DNA of 64,000 bases from Candidatus Roizmanbacteria bacterium (GTDB lineage: Bacteria > Patescibacteriota > Microgenomatia > UBA1406 > GWC2-37-13), in assembly GCA_013335175.1 (NCBI GenBank), contig JAAXWC010000004.1, positions 40,999 to 104,998 on the forward strand, written 5' to 3'. A program made the position numbers and the translations under genes. Of this stretch, positions 46,912 through 54,400 are shown piece after piece. Every line of letters starts with the position of its first letter. Position 1 is the first letter of the stretch. Under the pieces are notes generated by a model. The model did no database searches and had not been told where the DNA came from. It worked only from the letters and a program-made list of their open reading frames with translations.

Positions 46912-46920
46912 TGCTATAAT
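46912..46920 (+). promoter_or_regulatory. extended -10 promoter element TGCTATAAT, 8 nt upstream of the HEPN ATG
   Basis: TGnTATAAT consensus match with no Shine-Dalgarno before ATG 46929. Confidence 0.45.
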
Positions 46921-46928
46921 AGATATAA

Positions 46929-47261
46929 ATGAAAAAAGAAACAGAGGCTTGGTTAAATGTAGCAAAAGAAGATTATGCGGATATGCAGGTTATGATGCAG
47001 GCAAAACGATATCGAGGCGCTGTCTTTTTTGCACAACAGGCAGTTGAAAAAATCCTCAAAGGATATATCGCAGAATATACAAACACTGTACCCAAAAAAA
47101 CACATTTTATTGAAATTCTAATAAAAGATGCTAAATTAGAATTAGCAGAAATTGATAATCCAAATGTCGCAATACTTAGTAGTGCATATGCATGGGTCCG
47201 GTATTCAGATTTAAGCAATGAACATTTCAAAACAAAAAAAAATAACAAAAAAAAATATTGA
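46929..47261 (+). CDS. HEPN-domain protein, apparently frameshifted near the 3' end
   Basis: AKEDYADMQVMMQAKRYRGAVFFAQQAVEKILKGYI is a typical HEPN N-terminus. The expected C-terminal helix (EPLLVLAEQLYEWVQKKF) is encoded in another frame downstream of an A-rich tract (47229..47258). Confidence 0.6.
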   Translation: MKKETEAWLNVAKEDYADMQVMMQAKRYRGAVFFAQQAVEKILKGYIAEYTNTVPKKTHFIEILIKDAKLELAEIDNPNVAILSSAYAWVRYSDLSNEHFKTKKNNKKKY

Positions 47262-47294
47262 ACCATTATTAGTTCTTGCAGAACAACTCTACGA

Positions 47295-47615
47295 ATGGGT
47301 ACAGAAAAAATTCAAAGCTCAATAAAGATTTTTGTACAACGAGTACAAAAGAAATATAAGCCAAAAAAAGTGATCTTATTTGGTTCCTATGCTCGTGGTG
47401 AAGCAAATAGTTATAGTGATATCGATATTCTAGTAGTTGCCGATACATTCAAAGGAACTGAGCCATTTCAGCGAGTGTGTGATTTACACGATTTAGGAAA
47501 AGACCTTCAGCCAGACATTAATGCCTTCGGGTACACATCTACAGAATTAAAAGCAAATTCCTATAAGACAACTCTCCGTGATGCTCTTGCAACAGGAATT
47601 GAACTTACTGCATAA
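47295..47615 (+). CDS. nucleotidyltransferase-domain protein (MNT partner of HEPN)
   Basis: Pol-beta NTase motif VILFGSYARGEANSYSDIDILVV. Confidence 0.8.
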   Translation: MGTEKIQSSIKIFVQRVQKKYKPKKVILFGSYARGEANSYSDIDILVVADTFKGTEPFQRVCDLHDLGKDLQPDINAFGYTSTELKANSYKTTLRDALATGIELTA

Positions 47616-47621
47616 AAAAAC

Positions 47622-47821
47622 CCGTCATTCTCGAGCAAACGAACCCGGGCAAAGAGAAAACGCAACGTCAATCCTCCCCCACGATACAATACAAACCTAC
47701 GTCATCCTCCTGGACAGGAGGATCCAAGGGGTAATAAACATCCACACCATGGATCCCCGCCTTCGCGGGGATGACGGAAAATACAACTATGGCCTGCCTT
47801 TGGAAACTTCTGAATAATTAC
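47622..47821. repeat. 156-bp direct-repeat copy 1 (47622..47777) plus 45-bp IR arm (47777..47821)
   Basis: CCGTCATTCTCGAGCAAACGAACCCGGGCAAAGAGAAAACGCAACGTC ... GTCATCCTCCTGgaCAGGAGGATCCAAGGGGTAATAAACATCCACACCATGGATCCCCGCCTTCGCGGGGATGACGG. The same sequence occurs at 48376..48528. Confidence 0.95.
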
Positions 47822-47832
47822 AATTGTAGCCA

Positions 47833-47861
47833 TTGACATTCTACATACATTCTACTACAAT
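47833..47861 (+). promoter_or_regulatory. sigma70-type promoter TTGACA-17-TACAAT
   Basis: -35 TTGACA at 47833..47838, a 17-nt spacer, -10 TACAAT at 47856..47861. GTG 47868 lies 6 nt downstream with no SD, consistent with a leaderless transcript. Confidence 0.6.
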
Positions 47862-47867
47862 GTGTTT

Positions 47868-48038
47868 GTGAAGAAAATTAGCTGGAACGAAGAGAAAAAT
47901 GATCTGTTACGAAAAACGAGAAATGTATATTTTGAGTTGATAGAAGAAGCAATTATAAATGGAAACGTGCTTGATGTTGTTCAAATAAAAAAAACCGTTA
48001 ATAATTCCATTATGTACTATGAAAAAACAAACACATAA
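47868..48038 (+). pseudogene. truncated BrnT-like (DUF497-type) toxin remnant
   Basis: 56 codons. The N-terminus KKISWNEEKNDLLRKTRNVYFELIEEAI matches the BrnT pattern (W-[DN]-E-x-K-N-x3-L-x-K-x3-[VI]-x-F-E). It ends just after an A8 run at about two-thirds of the usual family length. Overlaps the antitoxin start by 20 nt. Confidence 0.5.
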
Positions 48039-48327
48039 CTATCAATTAGATCCCGAAGAGAAGCAACTAGTTGCTGATATAGAAAGCGGCAACTATCGGT
48101 CTATTCCCTATCTGGAAGAAGAAAAGAAACGCTATCAGTCGTATGCGCGATCTTCACAAGAACTACGAGCCGAAAATAGGAAAGATAAAAATATAAATAT
48201 ACGTATTTCTTCGGGTGATATTGAAAAAATTCAAGAGCGAGCTATCCAGAATGGCCTCCCCTACCACACCCTTATTTCCACGGTTCTGCACCAGTTCGCA
48301 AATGGGAAAATTGAAGTAAAGCTGTAA
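48019..48327 (+). CDS. CopG/RHH-type antitoxin
   Basis: DPEEKQLVADIESGNY...INIRISSGDIEKIQERAIQNGLPYHTLISTVLHQFANGKIEV is the typical C-terminal RHH antitoxin pattern. Confidence 0.65.
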   Translation: MKKQTHNYQLDPEEKQLVADIESGNYRSIPYLEEEKKRYQSYARSSQELRAENRKDKNINIRISSGDIEKIQERAIQNGLPYHTLISTVLHQFANGKIEVKL

Positions 48328-48375
48328 ATATCCTTCCTTTGTAGCACATATTTATTCAGCAATAAATCAAAAGCA

Positions 48376-48808
48376 CCGTCATTCTCGAGCAAACGAACCC
48401 GGGCAAAGAGAAAACGCAACGTCGTCTCGCGGAACTCCAATACAAGCCAACGTCATCCTCCTGTCCAGGAGGATCCAAGGGGTAATAAACATCCACACCA
48501 TGGATCCCCGCCTTCGCGGGGATGACGGGAGAGGTCGTGGCGATGACGGGAGAGGTCGGGGATGACGGGAGAGAGGTCGGGGATGACGAGCACGAACGTC
48601 ATTCCCGCGCACGCGGGAATCCAGCGGATCAATTACCTCTGAAGAAATCAGTAAAGCTGAAGAAAACATTCTTTTTATCTCGCTGTACTCCATAATCACA
48701 AAGTTGTCGATACTCTGGACCCCTGCGTTCGCAGGGGTGACGTTGCATTGTCATTCCGGCTTGCCCGGAATCTGCATTTCCCGGGCGGACGCGCATGTCC
48801 GCCCCTAC
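48376..48808. repeat. direct-repeat copy 2 (48376..48528), tandem half-units (about 48527..48587), further hairpin units
   Basis: Same ends as 47622..47777 but with the hairpin loop inverted (CTGtcCAG versus CTGgaCAG). GGGAGAGGTCGGGGATGAC-type units occur three times. GTCATTCCCGCgcacGCGGGAATCCAG, ACCCCTGCgttcGCAGGGGT, GTCATTCCGGcttgCCCGGAAT and GGCGGACgcgcatGTCCGCCCCTAC are also present. Confidence 0.9.
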
Positions 48809-48837
48809 TTGAAATTTTAATCCTTTTATGCTATACT
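48809..48837 (+). promoter_or_regulatory. sigma70-type promoter TTGAAA-17-TATACT
   Basis: -35 at 48809..48814, a 17-nt spacer, -10 at 48832..48837. About 265 nt upstream of the next SD-preceded start (49109). Confidence 0.55.
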
Positions 48838-49108
48838 ATGGGCCTTACATTAAAGGGAGAAAACTAGCTTTTCTTCTCCACGATGTACGCATTTACGGTG
48901 CCAAACGAAATCGCTTTCTACAAGCTAGAAAATCCGATTTCCCAAGCACTTTTACAACTGGGTTCAGATTTTAATAAACATAAACCAGTACTCATAAAAG
49001 AAATGGGTTGTGGGGATGAATCCTTTCCTCCCTAGAATCCATTTTCTTTTATTTGAGGAAAATTTTTTGTTTTTTATAACAGCGCGAAAGCGCAGAGGAG
49101 GTTTGGCC

Positions 49109-49381
49109 ATGAGCCAAGAACAAAACAATAATGATGTCTTTGTCCCTGCGGAGGAAATTAATTTTCGAGCGAGGAACAGAAGACGAAAGGAAGAAACTAA
49201 GTTTTTAATGACAGGTTTTTTTTCCTTGATCGCGATAGCTATCATCATACTGCTTGAAATATTAGTGACCCGCGTAGGATCTCTTATTACCTGGCGGATT
49301 GAAGAAACGCTAATCGTATTTCTTTTTATCATTTTAGGACTAGTGGTCGACACAGGCCGCTATGTAGGTTTTTGGAGGTAA
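49109..49381 (+). CDS. small two-TM membrane protein
   Basis: RBS GGAGG 6 nt upstream of ATG 49109. Basic N-terminus followed by two hydrophobic helices. Confidence 0.5.
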   Translation: MSQEQNNNDVFVPAEEINFRARNRRRKEETKFLMTGFFSLIAIAIIILLEILVTRVGSLITWRIEETLIVFLFIILGLVVDTGRYVGFWR

Positions 49382-49387
49382 AATACA

Positions 49388-49948
49388 ATGAAAAAATTTA
49401 TTTTTTCATTATTAGTGCTTTCCCTTATTTTAGGTCTCTCTGCTTGCACAGCAGAAGACCCCGGTTTAACCCCTGGCGTTCCAACCGGTACCCCTGGGTC
49501 ATATCCCACGGAATATCCTTTAAATGGACCTACGGTAACCCCGTCAGGTACATTTACCCCCGCCCCGGTAACAACCCCCGCAGCCCCTGGTCAACTTCAG
49601 GCAAACAACTGCACCTCAGAACCGCAGTTCAAAAAACCGGACGGCTTAATTGTGGGATCACATTACGTGGCCCAAATCGGTGCCAATGGTTGTTATACAA
49701 TCTTTGAAGGCCGCATATTTGAAGCTGGACAAAGTGGTCCCGCTGATAGACATGACCTTTATTTGGTTGACGGAGCTAAGGATAACTTTGCATACTGGGA
49801 GGGGTCTCTTTGGACCTTTTCTAAAAGCACTGATCCAAAATCGGTAGCAGGCCTATTATGGGACGGTAAAAAAACTAACTGGATAAAACAAGGAATTAAT
49901 CCACTGCCTTTAAAGCTTTGGAACTTCCCTGTAGGATTCAGTTTGTAA
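49388..49948 (+). CDS. lipoprotein, unknown function
   Basis: Signal peptide with lipobox LGLSAC. Pro/Thr-rich linker followed by a globular domain. Confidence 0.6.
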   Translation: MKKFIFSLLVLSLILGLSACTAEDPGLTPGVPTGTPGSYPTEYPLNGPTVTPSGTFTPAPVTTPAAPGQLQANNCTSEPQFKKPDGLIVGSHYVAQIGANGCYTIFEGRIFEAGQSGPADRHDLYLVDGAKDNFAYWEGSLWTFSKSTDPKSVAGLLWDGKKTNWIKQGINPLPLKLWNFPVGFSL

Positions 49949-50163
49949 CCCTAGCCTAACCCCTTCCATCCTCGCTTTCGCTCACATCTGAGCCCAGGAA
50001 ACAAAAAGTGACAATGACGTCACTTGGACAAGACTCATTTATAGAGTCAATTACAAACAGCGATGTTTGTTACTGCAACGATGCAGTTTTGACTTTAGAG
50101 TCTTGTCCTTTCCCCTATCGCGACAAACACCTGTTTATCGTGAGAGGTGAAAGGATACGCACT

Positions 50164-51474
50164 ATGAAAACCTTTAACAGCAACAACACACTACTCGTCG
50201 TCTCCAGCTACCCCGATCCCAAAAAAGGAATTCGGGATCTCAATGCGGTGGCCTGGCATGCGCAAAAAACATTCCTCGAACTCTCGAAACATCAAAAAGT
50301 CATTATCTTTGCCGAACAGCTTCCCCACGTAGCAAAAAAAACAAAAATCAATAAAAATTTACTGATCTTACGCACCTGGAAACGCGGCAATCCATTTTCA
50401 TTACTAACGCTGTTTTTTCACCTCGTATCATTCCGCGAAGCCGAACACGTGCTCTTTCAGTTTGAGTTTAATATTTTTGGTGGCATTTTGCCCGTTCTCG
50501 TTACGCCGTTTTTGTTAGCACTGCTTCGCATTGCGGGAAAGACCACTCATTTTGAACTGCACCAGGTCCTGTTTGATGTAAAGGAAATTAGTGCACACAT
50601 TAACATTACCAATCCCCACCTGCAGCGTATATTCAACCTGGGTATTCGCTCGTTCTACCGTGCTGTTGGTTTTCTTTCTGATACCGTCATTGTATTGGAA
50701 GAAGAACTAAAATCACGACTCAGTCAGTTCATTTCAGCAGAAAAGATAGCAGTACTGCCTTTGAGTGTGGAACACAAACATAGCACCAACTCAATCGCAG
50801 CAAAAAAACGACTTGGTTACACAGAAAATGATTTTGTAGTTTTAAGTTTTGGCTTTATTAACTGGTACAAAGGAAGTGATTGGTTGGTAAAAACATTTCA
50901 AGGAGTACACGATAATTCCTGTAAACTACTTGTTGCCGGCGGAGAAAATCCTACCTTGAAAGACAAGCTGTACTATCAAACATTTATTAAAAAGGTACAC
51001 AAGGAGCAAAAAAATAATCCCAATATTACATTTACCGGATTTATTCCTGATGAAAAGGTCAGCCTCTACTTCGCCGCTGCCGACTTGGTCATTCTTCCCT
51101 ACCGTGTGTTTATGTCTGCATCCGGCCCCTTTTCACTGGCTCTTTCGTACAAAAAACCGGTTATTCTTTCTGAAAATTTACTGCGATACGCACAATCAGA
51201 AGATATTAAATACACCTTTTCTGAACTCGGTTTACGCACCTCAGATATCTTTTTTAAGTATTCAAAAAAATCCTGTATTGATCTTATGTTAAAAGCAAAA
51301 AAAGATAAAAAATTCTATGCAAAACTGCAACAGTTTTCGATACAACTCGGGAAAAAACGAAGTATCCAATCGGTAGTAAATAAACTCTCTTTGATAGTCC
51401 AACCGAAACAGTACGTTTCTTTGAAATCAACTGCATTACCAGTATATTTGCCTGCATACAAAAAGGTACAATAA
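50164..51474 (+). CDS. GT-B glycosyltransferase (family 4/1-like), paralogue of 43515..44720
   Basis: FTGFIPDEKVSLYFAAADLVILPY...SASGPFSLALSYKKPVIL. N-terminal similarity to the other GT4 (RTWKRGNPF...VLFQFEFNIFGG versus RCWKRNHPF...VLVQYEWNVFGS). Start set at MKTFNS (50164). Confidence 0.65.
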   Translation: MKTFNSNNTLLVVSSYPDPKKGIRDLNAVAWHAQKTFLELSKHQKVIIFAEQLPHVAKKTKINKNLLILRTWKRGNPFSLLTLFFHLVSFREAEHVLFQFEFNIFGGILPVLVTPFLLALLRIAGKTTHFELHQVLFDVKEISAHINITNPHLQRIFNLGIRSFYRAVGFLSDTVIVLEEELKSRLSQFISAEKIAVLPLSVEHKHSTNSIAAKKRLGYTENDFVVLSFGFINWYKGSDWLVKTFQGVHDNSCKLLVAGGENPTLKDKLYYQTFIKKVHKEQKNNPNITFTGFIPDEKVSLYFAAADLVILPYRVFMSASGPFSLALSYKKPVILSENLLRYAQSEDIKYTFSELGLRTSDIFFKYSKKSCIDLMLKAKKDKKFYAKLQQFSIQLGKKRSIQSVVNKLSLIVQPKQYVSLKSTALPVYLPAYKKVQ

Positions 51475-51478
51475 TACT

Positions 51479-54400
51479 ATGCAGCGGATTTTGAATTTTC
51501 TTTCTTTTCACCGGTATCCCCTTTTTCTTTCCTTCATTGTTCTGATTCTTGGCATTGCGAATTATCATCCCGGAAGTTTTTTATCCGGGTGGGATAACAT
51601 ACAGACTGATCTGAATCCCTGGCTTGGGGTGAAGCGGGCGGTGTTTTCCGTGTGGGAGGAGTACCAAAGTTTTGGACTGGTTTCGGGTATGGCACATGCG
51701 GCCGATTTGGTCCGCGCGGTTTTTATCTGGATGCTTTCTTTTGTGCTTCCGCAGTCGTTTTTACGCTATTTTTTTCATGTTTTGATGTTAGGGGTGGGGA
51801 CGATGGGGATGTACTGGTTTTTGGTGTTTACCAGAGAACATTCGTGTCATTCTGGCAAGCGGAGCGCGTCCAGAATCGATAATCCTGGTCGATTCCCGAC
51901 AAGCGGGAATGACGAAAGGGGCGAGGATGACGACGCTACCCCTGATTCCGGACAAGCCGGAATGACTTTGCATTGTCATTCCCGCAAGCGAAGTATGAGC
52001 GCGTCGGGAATCGTTGTTAATCGTGCGGACACCTCGTCATTCCTCGGCGCGCTGTTCTACCTCCTCAACTTTGCCACGATCCAGATGTTTTACGTTCCCT
52101 TTGAAGCATTTTCCGTTTTTTCTGCCTTCCTCCCCTGGGAAATCTGGATTTTTATGAAACTCCTGGAACAGAAAAAATGGAGCCGAAAAGACGTGATTTT
52201 GTTTGTTGTGATTAACTTTCTCGCCACACCGCAGGCCTACGTCCAGACCCTGTTTATCGTCTACGGAGTGATGTTGGGGGTGGCAACAGTGACATTGACT
52301 TTCCATAGGAAACAAAAAGAACGGGTGACACGAGAATGGGGCATCCCCGTGCACGCGGAGCGGAAAGCGAGCATGTGCGGGGAGACTTCGAGTGGCAGGC
52401 CGCCGTTCTTTTTGAAGAAATGGATCCTGAATGGTACTCAATTGAATGGATCCCGGATCGGAGTCCGGGATGACAATTCAAGAAACAACGATTCCGGTCT
52501 TCGCCGGAATGACGGGCGGGAAAACCCCGCCCCTACATTTCAATTGTTAAAACGTTCCATCGCCCTATTTCTCCTCCTCTTTTCCATTAATGCCTTCTGG
52601 CTTTTACCCCAACTCTACTTTTTGAAAACCAACCAAAACGTCGTAACTGAGGCAAAATCCAACATGCTCGCTACCGAAGACGTCCTCTACCAAAATAAAG
52701 AAAAAGGAACCATTGATCAATTCATTCCCATGCGTGGTTTCTACTACGACTTATTTGATGCTGACCAAAAGCAGCTTTTTGAACCATGGAAACAACACTT
52801 TCAAAACCCTCTATTTGCCATACTCTCCTATCTGTTCGCGCTGATTTGGATCATCGGCATTTTTGCAAAAAGTAGATACCGTTGGACATTTCTCTCCCTC
52901 TTATTTGTGGTCGCCATTGCACTCTTAAATAACACTCCTCCCTTTTCCTGGATCAATGATTTCTTACGAAAAAATGAAATTGTGAATCAATTGTTTCGCT
53001 CGCCTTTTACCAAGTTTGCGATTCCCTATGCGTTTGTCGCCAGTTATTTTTTTGCAGTTGGAGTGGAAAGACTGCAAAACGGGTGTCTGAGCTTAGGGCT
53101 CCCGCGCACGCGGAGATCTGGCGCTATGCCAGTCGAGCATGGGTGGGAAAAAGCGAATGACAGGCCACCGTTTTGCATAAATTCAGAACAACGATTCCGG
53201 GCAAGCCGGAATGACGTACAGGCGGGCGGACACCTGGGTCCGCCCCTACGTAATTCCTCGGGCGGGAAGACCACGTCAAACGTGGCTGTTGCCCCGCCCC
53301 TACACAATCATGGATCCTCGATCAGGTCGAGGATGACGATGGTTTATTCGTCCATCGTTCAACATTCATCCTTAATCATTGTCATCGTGATAGTTCTCTC
53401 CGCTCTCCCCGCCTTTACCGGCAACTACTTCGCTCGCTCCATGCACGTATCAATTCCCAACGATTACCTCCAAGTGATGCAGTATCTGCAACATCAGGAT
53501 AAAAATAAACGCATTGCCCTCCTCCCAGACTACACCTTTTGGGGCTGGTTTTACACCCGCTGGGGCTACAACGGTTCGGGTTTTTTGTGGTACGGGATAG
53601 AACAACCAATTGTGTCTCGAACCTTCGATGTCTGGAGTGATAAAAGTGAAGGATATTTCTGGGAAATGAAAACGGCAATAGAATCCGAGCAAGTGCAAAA
53701 ATTCGATCAATTACTTGAAAAATATGATATTGATTATCTCATTTTAGATTACTCTCTTCTGCCTGTCAGTGCTTCGCTCAAAGGACTTCAGTACGAACGC
53801 ATTGAACGAATTTTAGCTCATTCAGAACACGTCTCGTTGGTACAAAAAGGAAAAAATGTACTTCTTTATCAAGTGATAAACAAAAAACCGGTGAAAAATT
53901 TTATCTCTCTGGCCACTGAACTTCCCAACATCGGCCCAACAATAAAACTGACAAACGACGACACCGCCTATACTTATTTTGGCGATTACAAAACTGATGC
54001 AACACAACCGTTTGATTACTACTTTCCGTATCTCGATCTTACAACACAAACACGTTTAAAACATAAATTATGGACTTTGAGTGAACAAGAGAACCAGTTT
54101 CGTATCTCTCAACCGTTACTGATCAATGCACAGGATTTTGAGCTGAAAGGGACTGTCACTTCAGCCGGGTATCAACTCTATCTCCAAAACGAAGTTCAAC
54201 AGTTCAAAAGCACCTTGTCCCACTCCATCGAAAACAACATGCTCGTCACCACGATAGCAAAAGAGCCTATTTATCAATTTGATGTAACCAATACATCGGT
54301 TCACAATTGCAGTCCTCTGGGAACTACGTCTCGCATAAATAGCAGTGATCTTACTGTTTCATCTACAAATCGTGCAATAGGTTGTTTTGGTTATGAAGCT

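Noticed and set aside
44724-48808. Classical integron / attC array.
   Set aside because: There is no intI gene in the window. The repeat units lack recognisable R'/R'' GTTRRRY/RYYYAAC core sites. Cassettes are not uniformly oriented. The idea is retained only as an analogy to be tested with attC models.
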